Positions 9,066 through 17,951 of a DNA stretch of 64,000 nucleotides are shown here, one piece after another. Both the position numbers and the translations under genes were made by a program. Positions within the stretch are counted from its first letter, which is position 1; each line of letters starts with the position of its first letter. The DNA is from a virus. Location: positions 32,001-96,000 of the IMG/VR virus record IMGVR_UViG_3300003323_000567, one strand, 5' to 3'. The notes under the pieces are model-generated. The model was not told where the DNA came from, ran no database searches, and saw only the letters and a program-made list of their open reading frames with translations.

Positions 9066-10594
9066 AAAGATTGCTTTATTCTTTTCCGAATGTTAGCAAG
9101 GTTGTCATTTACCAATAATTTTCCATCTCTGAAGACTGTCTCTAAATCACAATTCATGACATGCTGCCAATTGGTCTGATCATACATCACATAAGTCCCT
9201 TTCTCTGGATCATAATCAACTGCTATTAACCCTCTGGCTGATTTCTTTTCACCTGAATCAGTAATAGGATCCTTGAAGATCTCTCTACTTTCAATTTCTG
9301 TGGTCAAAAATCCAACAGAATCATCTTTATGTTCCACTTCTACTTCTCCATAGGTAGCTTTCATTGCCCAACCCTGAGTGTCTCGTGTATTGTACTGATA
9401 AGTAAAACTACCAATACCCAACACAATGTTAGTTGAAGCGAACCCTTTGGCTTCCAATCTTTTACAAATGGAATTGGCCCTATCCAGGTTAATGGAATCC
9501 CCATAGATAGCACCAATATGAGAATCAAGTTCTTTGTATCCATTTGCATTGATTTTACCTCCGAAAATGTCCCATAGAAGTTCTATTACTCCTTTTTTCT
9601 CAGCTTCAGTAGATTCTACCCATTGACCTTTCACTAACCTCCTTTCACAACCACAGATAATATCTACTGGATCTCCTGAGTCTGGTCTAATAACCAGCTT
9701 GCCATCTCTGGACATTATCTCCTCCCTGAGGGCAGGTAAGTACTCAAGAATCAGTTTCCAAAGATCCCATGTATCAGCTACTGCTGAAAAGGGGCCTGTA
9801 GGATAGAGTTTTAGAAGTCTCCTAAGAGTCTCTAATTCACCATTTTGCATCCCCATACACATTACAGAGTGTTCAGTAGCTGGTATAGAACCACCTATTA
9901 GCTCCTTCTCTGCATCTGCATTGTAGTACTCCTCAAGGAAGTCTATGGCTGGAACTGTATCTGTGCCTGTAAAGGATAATAAATGACCTGCACCAGACAT
10001 TGCTGCTGACTCAATGCTACTCATACCCCTAAAGGAGAAGTCATGTCCCTGCCATGGAACAAAATCCATTGGACCTCCTGTTTTCTCAGCCCAGCTATCC
10101 AGTAGCTTCCTGTACTCTGCAGCTATAGTAGCTGAGGTACACATCTGCCAGAGGGAAGCTGACATGCAGGTCTCCAGGTAGTTAACCAGCCAGAAGAAAT
10201 CTGGATCGGTATTCCACATTACGAGAGGAGGCACTTTAATTGGAACTCTCGATCCTTCAGGAAGAGCCATAATCTGTAAAGGAAGATAGCCCAGATCATG
10301 AAGATCAGAAATGTGTTTACTACCAATGGCATTGGGTCCAAGGGCAGTGTCTTTGCGGCGGTTGAAAGACTTAATAACATCATCTTTTGATTTGTCAAAG
10401 AAGTTCTCATTCCATTGTTTGATCAAGTATTCCTTTATAAAGTATTGAAGACCAAAGAATATTACATGATCAACGTTTGGAATTCTACTCTTCCTTGGAG
10501 TGAAGTTAGAAAATACCAGTTTAGTTCCTTCTGGATACTGCCTTCTATGGTCAGCTTTATACCAGTCTATTAGGTGAAGTGGATTAATATGCAT
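9062..10594 (-). CDS. nicotinamide phosphoribosyltransferase homolog (NAMPT/NadV; Namat-like)
   Basis: DWYKADH, HDFSFRG, PATEHSVM, IRPDSGDP, IYGDSI motifs. Confidence 0.92.
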   Translation of the reverse strand: MHINPLHLIDWYKADHRRQYPEGTKLVFSNFTPRKSRIPNVDHVIFFGLQYFIKEYLIKQWNENFFDKSKDDVIKSFNRRKDTALGPNAIGSKHISDLHDLGYLPLQIMALPEGSRVPIKVPPLVMWNTDPDFFWLVNYLETCMSASLWQMCTSATIAAEYRKLLDSWAEKTGGPMDFVPWQGHDFSFRGMSSIESAAMSGAGHLLSFTGTDTVPAIDFLEEYYNADAEKELIGGSIPATEHSVMCMGMQNGELETLRRLLKLYPTGPFSAVADTWDLWKLILEYLPALREEIMSRDGKLVIRPDSGDPVDIICGCERRLVKGQWVESTEAEKKGVIELLWDIFGGKINANGYKELDSHIGAIYGDSINLDRANSICKRLEAKGFASTNIVLGIGSFTYQYNTRDTQGWAMKATYGEVEVEHKDDSVGFLTTEIESREIFKDPITDSGEKKSARGLIAVDYDPEKGTYVMYDQTNWQHVMNCDLETVFRDGKLLVNDNLANIRKRIKQSL

Positions 10595-11084
10595 ATTTGC
10601 AACTTGCTCTGGTTTTAGTGCGTTTAATAATAAGTTTCACTGCCTCCCTGAGATCCCCCTTCTGGGCAATCCTGTTGGCATCACAGAATATATCCACATT
10701 GCCCTTCTTCTCATACCCCTCGGGACATACAACAACCATCTTGTGGGCAAAAGCTCCGAGTTCAAGAAGGGTAATGGGAGAAACTGTACCAGGATCAAAG
10801 TAGGTAAGAACCAAATCTGATTCTCTTAAACCTCTTAGTTCCCAGTTAACCTGCTGGCTGAACACTGGATCTTCAAAGTCATTGAGCACAGTGTTATCCC
10901 AGTCATCCCTACGAGGATTGAGAATCTGGTATTTACCATTGAGCCTTTTTGGAATAAGCTCTTCAAAGAGCTCAATGGCCTCTTGCTGCCATTCAGAAGC
11001 TGCTCCCATCTCAATTGAACCTGCCAAAAATATGGTAACTGGAGCTTTCCAGTCTACCCGGTGTGGTGCTTGTATTACTTTCAT
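10584..11084 (-). CDS. nucleoside 2-deoxyribosyltransferase-like protein
   Basis: IFLAGSIEMG, NPRRDDW, QVNWE, SPITLLELG. Confidence 0.85.
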   Translation of the reverse strand: MKVIQAPHRVDWKAPVTIFLAGSIEMGAASEWQQEAIELFEELIPKRLNGKYQILNPRRDDWDNTVLNDFEDPVFSQQVNWELRGLRESDLVLTYFDPGTVSPITLLELGAFAHKMVVVCPEGYEKKGNVDIFCDANRIAQKGDLREAVKLIIKRTKTRASCKYAY

Positions 11085-11086
11085 AA

Positions 11087-11386
11087 TTAAAATTTAGAAT
11101 ACTTTTTTGTTTCAATGTATGTTCGGAACTTGTCCATCTTGAACTTGATCCTTTTGTTTACCTTATCCTTCGGAAATAACTCCTTAAGAACTTCCATCCT
11201 GATTATCACATCGCCTATCTCATCAATAATCTCTTGCTCTTCTGGAGCTCCAGATATCGGTTTGTTGAGCTTTTGCATCAGAACAAGGGCCAATTCCATC
11301 AGTTCTTCTACTGTTTTCTTGAAATTGTGATCTCCATTATTCTTCACCATGTAATCAACCACATTCTGATCTATCATAATTACCAA
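11087..11386 (-). CDS. MazG-like NTP pyrophosphohydrolase
   Basis: EELMEL...EIIDEIGDV. Confidence 0.75.
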   Translation of the reverse strand: MVIMIDQNVVDYMVKNNGDHNFKKTVEELMELALVLMQKLNKPISGAPEEQEIIDEIGDVIIRMEVLKELFPKDKVNKRIKFKMDKFRTYIETKKYSKF

Positions 11387-11798
11387 GTTTTACTGTTCTG
11401 ACAAGCTCTGTGAGCTCATCATAGACTTGAATCAATCCTGCTCTATCATCTAAAAGAGCACTGAAAAATGGCTTCCTGGACTCCCAGGGGAGGCTGATAC
11501 CATCAGTATTCACACCATCAAAAGGTATTTTATTATCTTCCAGAAACTTAATGACATAAGAATGATCTTTGTAAGCAGTCCAGCATACAAGTTTACATCC
11601 TATCTCTTTAAGATCTCTTAATAGTTGAATAACCTGATGGTAGGTAGCTCCTTTAGCATGATAATCATGGACTGTACCATCAAAATCGAAGCCTATACAC
11701 AGGCTCTTATGCTTGTAATACTCTGCAAGGAGCCTATTGTAAGAGGCGTTCTTTGCAAGATACTCATCACAAAGAAATTCCGTATTTGTCTGGGTCAT
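11355..11798 (-). CDS. HAD-superfamily phosphatase-like protein
   Basis: DFDGTV motif I, WT, K..LLDDRA. Confidence 0.8.
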   Translation of the reverse strand: MTQTNTEFLCDEYLAKNASYNRLLAEYYKHKSLCIGFDFDGTVHDYHAKGATYHQVIQLLRDLKEIGCKLVCWTAYKDHSYVIKFLEDNKIPFDGVNTDGISLPWESRKPFFSALLDDRAGLIQVYDELTELVRTVKLGNYDRSECG

Positions 11799-12609
11799 AA
11801 GCTATTTGTTTTATTGGAACATCGGGATTTACATACACCCCTAGGGAATCTGAGCAAATGACTTGATCAAAGTAGGGTGCCAGAACACCAGTTCCCTTTG
11901 AAAAGATTCCATGAGTGACTATGAGAGTCATGGATAGAGGATTCCACCCTTGATCTCTCAGTTGTTTAGCAATGGCAATAAAGGTTCCTCCTCCATCACA
12001 AATATCATCAATAATAACACAGTGTCTCCCAGCACAAGTGGCAGGATTCAGAACTCCCAGAGTTATCTTCCCTGTGGAAAGATCCCTGTGCTTAATGCAT
12101 TGAACAGTATCTGTGATATTGGAGTTCCATTCTGCATATTTGTATGCCTTTTTAGCAGCCCCAGCATCTGGTACAATTAGCACCGCATTTTCCTTATCAT
12201 AGATCTGTACCAGATCCTTATTATCCACTACTATTGAACCCTTTATCAAAGCAGGGGCTACATCTGAATGGGGGTCATAGAGATACACATCCAAGAACTC
12301 AAGTGAGTTGATAATATCTGCTACTACTTTAAGACCAAAGCTGCTCCCCAGGGGAAGATCATGATTCCTATCTGAGCGAGCGCCTAATAAATATGTAATG
12401 TGCAACTCACTTTTTGATATAGCTTTGTGATGATCCAGGGCACTTGAGACCATACAAAGGTCAAGGAGCTTAGCTGGGCTATCCAGAGATACTATCACTC
12501 TTGCCAGGTATTCTTCAAGTGCTACATCAACATGGATATGAGGCTGAGAATCTGGGAAGACTGTCTTTTTATAGCCTTCTCCTGTGTTCAAATTGATGGT
12601 TTTTATCAT
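11767..12609 (-). CDS. ribose-phosphate pyrophosphokinase homolog (Prs/Adps-like)
   Basis: FPDSQPH, RSDR, DPHS, PDAGA, IIDDICDGGGTF, VTHGIFS. Confidence 0.9.
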   Translation of the reverse strand: MIKTINLNTGEGYKKTVFPDSQPHIHVDVALEEYLARVIVSLDSPAKLLDLCMVSSALDHHKAISKSELHITYLLGARSDRNHDLPLGSSFGLKVVADIINSLEFLDVYLYDPHSDVAPALIKGSIVVDNKDLVQIYDKENAVLIVPDAGAAKKAYKYAEWNSNITDTVQCIKHRDLSTGKITLGVLNPATCAGRHCVIIDDICDGGGTFIAIAKQLRDQGWNPLSMTLIVTHGIFSKGTGVLAPYFDQVICSDSLGVYVNPDVPIKQIAYDPDKYGISL

Positions 12610-12610
12610 A

Positions 12611-13693
12611 CTATCTGTTTTCAGGTAAAAAGAATGTGTTGTTCAGAATTGATTCATAAACCTCAGGAGTCATGTCTGCTATCTTTGGCATCTCCTTGAA
12701 CATACCTATTACAGGCTGGAATGCCAGACCTATCCTAATGTCATCTGACCCATAGGAATTCTTAAGGATCTTCAGAGACCTATACATCTTCATACCCTCT
12801 CTGCTCCTCAGCATTGACAAATCATATCCAGAAGGGTCTGGAACTTTGTATCGCATAGGATCAAACAAGGATAGAACAATGTCAGCATCCTCCTGAGTTG
12901 CTCCAGTGTCTTTAAAATCCTCCAGCATAGGCTCTACATCCCCTGCCTTCAGTCTTATCGGACTAGAAATATCCCTATTGAACTGAGAGACCTCTACAAT
13001 AGACCCCCCATAATAATCCCTCTCCATTCGATCATCCTCAGAGGCCTTGTCTATTACATCCTTTTTGGTTGCCAGACCAGACTCCTTCTTTAGAAGACCG
13101 GAGTGATCCTTGATCTTCATAATGATCAGGTTAGGATCATTTGGAATATAAACCCTTTTGTGTTCAGTTACTTGTTCCTCTCTACCATGCCTTAAATATA
13201 ACTCCCTCATGTATTTTCTCATCCCTGTGGGGTTTTCTGGCCCATCCATAATGATTACCACATCCATAAGGGCTTCTATATAGTCCCTGTACATAAGAAA
13301 GAGATCATGTTCATCAGGAGTCAATCTTTGATCTCTCGGGCACCAACCCATTAGCCTTGTTACAGGTATAATTACACCATGATCCAGAAAGATTTTCCTC
13401 GAAATCCATTTAGCCAGTTTAAAGTTCTTCCTTCGCTCCATAGACCAATAAGGTATAAGGAGTCTTATTCTCGTAGTGCTGTAATTTTGAAGATACCAAT
13501 CAACAGGATTTAATACAAAGGCATCATCTAGTATAGCAGTCTTGCCACTACCAGTATACCCTCCTATTAGATACTTGGTTGATTTCCTGATACTTATGTG
13601 ATTGTTCAGTCTCTGAAAACCCATTGGTACTCCAGCATTATTGCCCTCTATACCTCCCTGAACTTCTCCTGCCAAATCATCGAATTCACTCAT
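12611..13693 (-). CDS. DnaB-like replicative helicase
   Basis: Walker A GYTGSGKT, SME, DH, SQFNR, ILKN; start placed at ATG 13693. Confidence 0.85.
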   Translation of the reverse strand: MSEFDDLAGEVQGGIEGNNAGVPMGFQRLNNHISIRKSTKYLIGGYTGSGKTAILDDAFVLNPVDWYLQNYSTTRIRLLIPYWSMERRKNFKLAKWISRKIFLDHGVIIPVTRLMGWCPRDQRLTPDEHDLFLMYRDYIEALMDVVIIMDGPENPTGMRKYMRELYLRHGREEQVTEHKRVYIPNDPNLIIMKIKDHSGLLKKESGLATKKDVIDKASEDDRMERDYYGGSIVEVSQFNRDISSPIRLKAGDVEPMLEDFKDTGATQEDADIVLSLFDPMRYKVPDPSGYDLSMLRSREGMKMYRSLKILKNSYGSDDIRIGLAFQPVIGMFKEMPKIADMTPEVYESILNNTFFLPENR

Positions 13694-13865
13694 CTGAATC
13701 TGTAACAATTATGGTAATTATTTTCTTCGAGCCATCTTCAAGTTCTACTTGAAAAGCATCGCTCAGATCTTTGACTGCTACTATACTATTTAGTTCAGTC
13801 ACTCCTATTTCTGACAACAGAAAGTCCATAAGAAACTTACGTGCCAGCTTCTCAGCATTTGTCAT
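13686..13865 (-). CDS. small hypothetical protein (59 aa)
   Basis: Manual translation MTNAEKLARKFL...TDSDE*; fills the gap between neighbours. Confidence 0.6.
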   Translation of the reverse strand: MTNAEKLARKFLMDFLLSEIGVTELNSIVAVKDLSDAFQVELEDGSKKIITIIVTDSDE

Positions 13866-13868
13866 GTG

Positions 13869-14873
13869 TTAAATTTTCCAATGTTCGTACATTCCTTTTG
13901 TGATCTCATAAGTAGGGCCTTCTTGAGGTTGTCTTTTAGGCTGTTTCTGTACCCACTCCCACATTTTGCTCATGCCAGCCTGCAAGGTAGTCTGATCATA
14001 TTTGAAACTAGAATTGTACTTTTCCACACTACACACTGCTCTCTTGACCTCATGTCTGGCAGGAAGATACTGCACTTCACAGTCCCCTACTGTAGCTTTG
14101 AAGATAGTAGCCAGCTCATTCAGGGTATATGGAATACTGCTTCCAATATTAAAGGTTTCCCTTGAATAGAGAGTGCTTGTTCCAAGCTCCCGTAGGGGGT
14201 CCATGATATCCTGTACATAAGTAAAGCTTCTTTGCTGCTGTCCGTCCCCATAGATCTGTATAGGCTTGTCATTCAGATAGTTGTACATCCAGATACCCAG
14301 TACATTTCTGTATCTGTCCCAGATATTCTGTCTCTCGCCATACACATTAAAGGGTCTCACAATAACATAGTCCAGGTTATGCTGTACCCCTGCAACAAAC
14401 AAGTCTCTCTCACAGGCATACTTTGCTATCCCATAGGGGTCTGCTGGCCTTGGTATATAGAATTCCTTGAATGTGTCACCCCCTCCTCCATGTCCATAGA
14501 CTGCTATGGAAGAGAAGAAGACAAGTCTCTTTATATCCCAGTTGATACATTCATTAACAATGTTCATGGTACCAACCAGGTTATTTGTGTAATTGAACTT
14601 GCGAATAAATGGTGACAATCCTTCTGCTGCATAGGCTGCAGCGTGATAGACTATATCTGGATTCTTTGCTTTGAATATGATATTCATGAGTTGAGTATCT
14701 GTGACATCCCCAACAAGAAAATGCAACCTTTTATTGTCCAGAGGAAGATTTTCACTATATCCTCCACTCATGTCATCAAGTCCAACTATCTCATAATCAG
14801 TATTATCCAAGAGATAATGAACCAGGTTAGAACCTATCATGCCAGCAGCTCCTGTGATTAAAACAGTCTTCAT
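13869..14873 (-). CDS. NAD-dependent nucleotide-sugar epimerase/dehydratase
   Basis: TGAAGMIG, SS, YGIAK (YxxxK), NVYG, GDGQQQRSF. Confidence 0.92.
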   Translation of the reverse strand: MKTVLITGAAGMIGSNLVHYLLDNTDYEIVGLDDMSGGYSENLPLDNKRLHFLVGDVTDTQLMNIIFKAKNPDIVYHAAAYAAEGLSPFIRKFNYTNNLVGTMNIVNECINWDIKRLVFFSSIAVYGHGGGGDTFKEFYIPRPADPYGIAKYACERDLFVAGVQHNLDYVIVRPFNVYGERQNIWDRYRNVLGIWMYNYLNDKPIQIYGDGQQQRSFTYVQDIMDPLRELGTSTLYSRETFNIGSSIPYTLNELATIFKATVGDCEVQYLPARHEVKRAVCSVEKYNSSFKYDQTTLQAGMSKMWEWVQKQPKRQPQEGPTYEITKGMYEHWKI

Positions 14874-14874
14874 A

Positions 14875-15069
14875 TTAGTTTTTTGTAAGTAAATACCCAA
14901 TACCAACAACTATCAAAAGGATTATCAATATCCCTAAGGGGATCCAGATGGGTGAGGTAATCCACCACCAAGACCAATCTACTGTGTGGGTCAGTTTGAG
15001 GATCAGGAATACGATGAATACTAAAGTGCTTGTGCTATAGCCTGTTTTTACTACTTTCTCTTTTGCCAT
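14875..15069 (-). CDS. small membrane protein
   Basis: Two hydrophobic segments flanking LKLT..DWSWWW..PIW. Confidence 0.75.
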   Translation of the reverse strand: MAKEKVVKTGYSTSTLVFIVFLILKLTHTVDWSWWWITSPIWIPLGILIILLIVVGIGYLLTKN

Positions 15070-15082
15070 AATGAATTGATTT

Positions 15083-15769
15083 TTAAAGTGATATAATCTT
15101 GTTTACATCCTCAGACATTTTACCAGTGAGTCTATATTGGTCCCAGGCAGTTCTATCTTCCCCTATTAGCCTCTCAGCCTCTGTGTAAATAGTATCCTTT
15201 TCCTGCTTCTTGTTACTCCAGTGTCTGTGCTCTATTACCACTTCAGGGAAGTAGTGAATCTTGCCTATAGAGACACCAAGTTCTCTCCAGTAATTGTCTA
15301 TAAAGTAATGCTTTAGTTCAGGAGGAGCCATGAACCCAAGGGCAGCTATAATATCCACATGAATAAAGACATTGTTTGGTAGAGCTTCTCCCTGTAGGAG
15401 ATCATTCCCATAGCAAATTCCCTTATTCTCTTCCAGCCACTGGATAATAGGTGCCTCCCACCCAGGGGTCATAAAGACGCAATCATCTCCCATAAACCCT
15501 ACTCCAATGGATCCTTCTTTCTCCCAATCACTACAAAAAGCATTTAACTTGGAGGTAAGCATTTGCCTCTCTCCGAATAGAATTGCCAGCTCTACCCCAG
15601 ATTCCTTCATGTACTTGTCATGGACCTCATTGTAGTGATACTGATCATCTCCATCCAAGACCATGACAATTCTTGAATACCCTGAGGTAGTTCTTTTCCA
15701 GCTTTCCAATAACCTTTCCATAAGGTGAGGTCTTCCTCTGGAAGGCACAATAACGGTCAGTTTTTTCAT
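15083..15769 (-). CDS. glycosyltransferase family 2
   Basis: VIVPSRGRP, DGDD, MGDD, H.FIDN, IEHRH. Confidence 0.85.
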   Translation of the reverse strand: MKKLTVIVPSRGRPHLMERLLESWKRTTSGYSRIVMVLDGDDQYHYNEVHDKYMKESGVELAILFGERQMLTSKLNAFCSDWEKEGSIGVGFMGDDCVFMTPGWEAPIIQWLEENKGICYGNDLLQGEALPNNVFIHVDIIAALGFMAPPELKHYFIDNYWRELGVSIGKIHYFPEVVIEHRHWSNKKQEKDTIYTEAERLIGEDRTAWDQYRLTGKMSEDVNKIISL

Positions 15770-15900
15770 TTTAATTCTTTGTACATTTTGTAAATGAGGC
15801 TCTCGTCTCCATAGCTCACTCCATCAATAACCAGGATTAAAAGAGGAATGAAGGTTATGGTAGCTGCCACTAGTAGTAATAGGAAAAGAATCAATTTCAT
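15766..15900 (-). CDS. small membrane peptide (44 aa)
   Basis: Manual translation MKLILFLLLLVAATITFIPLLILV...; stop overlaps next start. Confidence 0.5.
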   Translation of the reverse strand: MKLILFLLLLVAATITFIPLLILVIDGVSYGDESLIYKMYKELK

Positions 15901-15918
15901 ACACATTACGATTTAAAA

Positions 15919-16232
15919 TATCTGATGAAAGTACTCAGAATCTCACAGGAATGGCTTTTTATCACCGTGCCTCTAGTTAATAGTCTGAACGAAAGAGTCC
16001 GCTGGAGTCTTTACACTTCTATCTATCTAACCTTTGGAGCTTAGTTTAAAAAGGGTACCTTACCGAACTTTTCCCTCCATCAGATATAATTAGTTAAAAA
16101 TCAGCCTAACAGTAAGCAGAGCTATCCCCTTAGTAATATCCTTAAAAACCTAAGGAGATTATGTTAGAGCATAGTATAAATAGCTCTCTGGGTCTTGGGT
16201 ATATACTCCCGCAGGGTCTCTGGTTTGCTGAT
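15919..16232. ncRNA. candidate structured RNA(s) in a ~350-bp intergenic gap
   Basis: Long-range stems ATATCTGATG/CATCAGATAT and ATCAGC/GCTGAT, internal hairpins, no ORF. Confidence 0.35.
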
Positions 16233-16265
16233 TGCTACTATAGCCCCTTTTTCGCTGGATAAGGT

Positions 16266-16940
16266 TTAGATGTCTACTGCCCCTGTCGAAGCAACATTAC
16301 TGGTAGAGCTCAGTTTTATATCTTCCTTAGGATAAATAAAGTTCTCATATGTCCTTTGGTTGAGATATGTTGCGGAGTTCTGCATATATTTCAATTTGTT
16401 CTCATTGTCCTTCAGAGATTGCTCCTTTTTTAGAGTTATTTCCCTATTCAAAGCTCTAATGAGATCCTCAGCACTGTGCTCCCCTTCAAGAAGTATATCA
16501 TTGAATTTCTTTCTACACTCCTCTTTTCTCAGCCTTAAACCTCTTGATCCACCATAAATTAAGCCTTTTATCACTATATAATCTGTGGAAGGATAGGTTT
16601 TCCACCACTTCTCAAATTGGTAATCTATCTCCTTCATGGTCTCTGCTATCACATCTCCCTTAGGGTCAAGGGGTGACCCGAGAGACTGAAGAAGGTTCTT
16701 TCCCAAAGTGGTAACCTCTCCTTTCTCTGTTATAAGACTCTTCCTATACAAATTTTGCTTCCATGCGGCAATCTTGGAAGAACTCATATGCTTTGCTACA
16801 TCAGTGCCCTCAAAAAGGCATTCCAGAATGAACAGGTGGTTCAAGTCTATTCCAAAAGTCTGTAGCTGTTTGAATCCTTCTATTGTTAGATTGAACACGG
16901 AGGAACCTTGGGCTCTTTGTTCTTGTTGTAACTGTTGCAT
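16266..16940 (-). CDS. putative replication initiator/helicase-loader-like protein
   Basis: FEKWWKTYP...YMQNSATYLNQ pattern of phage replication proteins; N-terminal winged-helix-like region. Confidence 0.5.
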   Translation of the reverse strand: MQQLQQEQRAQGSSVFNLTIEGFKQLQTFGIDLNHLFILECLFEGTDVAKHMSSSKIAAWKQNLYRKSLITEKGEVTTLGKNLLQSLGSPLDPKGDVIAETMKEIDYQFEKWWKTYPSTDYIVIKGLIYGGSRGLRLRKEECRKKFNDILLEGEHSAEDLIRALNREITLKKEQSLKDNENKLKYMQNSATYLNQRTYENFIYPKEDIKLSSTSNVASTGAVDI

Positions 16941-17115
16941 ATTGAAGCGATTTAGTGCGTTTTCTCACTTTACCAATCACTACTTTCACACGTCTATTCT
17001 TTTCGAAAAGCTCCCATATAAGCTCAGTTTCCCTTTCATATCTTTCAGTTTCAATAAGAGCCTTGTCCCTGAGGTATTCGAACTCCTCATCTGCTATTTG
17101 GGTAGTAGTCTTCAT
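16810..17115 (-). CDS. hypothetical protein
   Basis: 101-aa ORF. Confidence 0.55.
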   Translation of the reverse strand: MKTTTQIADEEFEYLRDKALIETERYERETELIWELFEKNRRVKVVIGKVRKRTKSLQYATVTTRTKSPRFLRVQSNNRRIQTATDFWNRLEPPVHSGMPF

Positions 17116-17117
17116 TA

Positions 17118-17573
17118 CTAAAGATTTGATACAGGAGGGATTGTTTCCTGTATACTCTCCAATCCTCTAGGAGGATCAGTATTGGCACGATTAGCACCGT
17201 TGCCAGTAGGATAATTGTGAGGCCCTGAATCCATTTCATATTCTTGGTTTTGTTTTCTACGTTCTTCCCTTTCAAGTTGTTCCGCTTTTTCACGCTCATC
17301 ATGGATAGCTTTGGCCTGAACCATGGCTTCCCGGAACTTTGTTAACTCTCTGATAAGAGTGTCAACTTTGAAAAGGCTATTCTCATATGATCTATCACCA
17401 TCCTCGTTTAAACCAATAGCATAGTGAATAGAGTTCCCACAATCACGCATTTTCAGGGTAGCATCATGACTTGAGCTCTCCTCTGAATAGAACATGATTT
17501 GGGTAAAAATGGAGGCATCGGAATTATGCCCAGGCAAATTCACGAACTCCTTGGATGAATAAAATGGTTTCAT
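17118..17573 (-). CDS. hypothetical protein
   Basis: Start moved to ATG (MKPFYSS) to avoid overlap. Confidence 0.65.
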   Translation of the reverse strand: MKPFYSSKEFVNLPGHNSDASIFTQIMFYSEESSSHDATLKMRDCGNSIHYAIGLNEDGDRSYENSLFKVDTLIRELTKFREAMVQAKAIHDEREKAEQLEREERRKQNQEYEMDSGPHNYPTGNGANRANTDPPRGLESIQETIPPVSNL

Positions 17574-17574
17574 A

Positions 17575-17925
17575 TCACACTGGTTTGTAATAGATAGTTT
17601 CTGGATACCTGCCTTCAAAAAGCCACAGAGTGACTGAACATAGCCACATAAGCGTCTCTGATTCAGTATCAAAATAATACCTACCAGAGATAGTAGGTAT
17701 TTCGTCCACTCGTTTAAGCTCATAAAATGGGTTTGGGTAAGTACTTATTTTTTGTTCAGAGATTTGAAGTTTCATCTCTTCTTTATCTTCTGATAGAAAA
17801 TCTAAGAAATCATCTGCCCCAGCTACCATCTGTAGATCTGCTGGATTACCTCCTTGAGCAACATAGCCATCCAAGTCTATCCACCATGTGCCATTCTTTT
17901 CTTTGTAAAACCTAAACTCTCTCAT
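17575..17925 (-). CDS. DUF6717-like hypothetical protein
   Basis: WWIDL...LQMVAGAD...WLC..TLWLF..YPETIY. Confidence 0.6.
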   Translation of the reverse strand: MREFRFYKEKNGTWWIDLDGYVAQGGNPADLQMVAGADDFLDFLSEDKEEMKLQISEQKISTYPNPFYELKRVDEIPTISGRYYFDTESETLMWLCSVTLWLFEGRYPETIYYKPV

Positions 17926-17951
17926 TTAACACCTCCACTTCTTTTCTAGCC

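Noticed and set aside
15975-16000. Group I intron core (GTTCAGACTA-like)
   Set aside because: No matching P7 partner and no interrupted gene identified.
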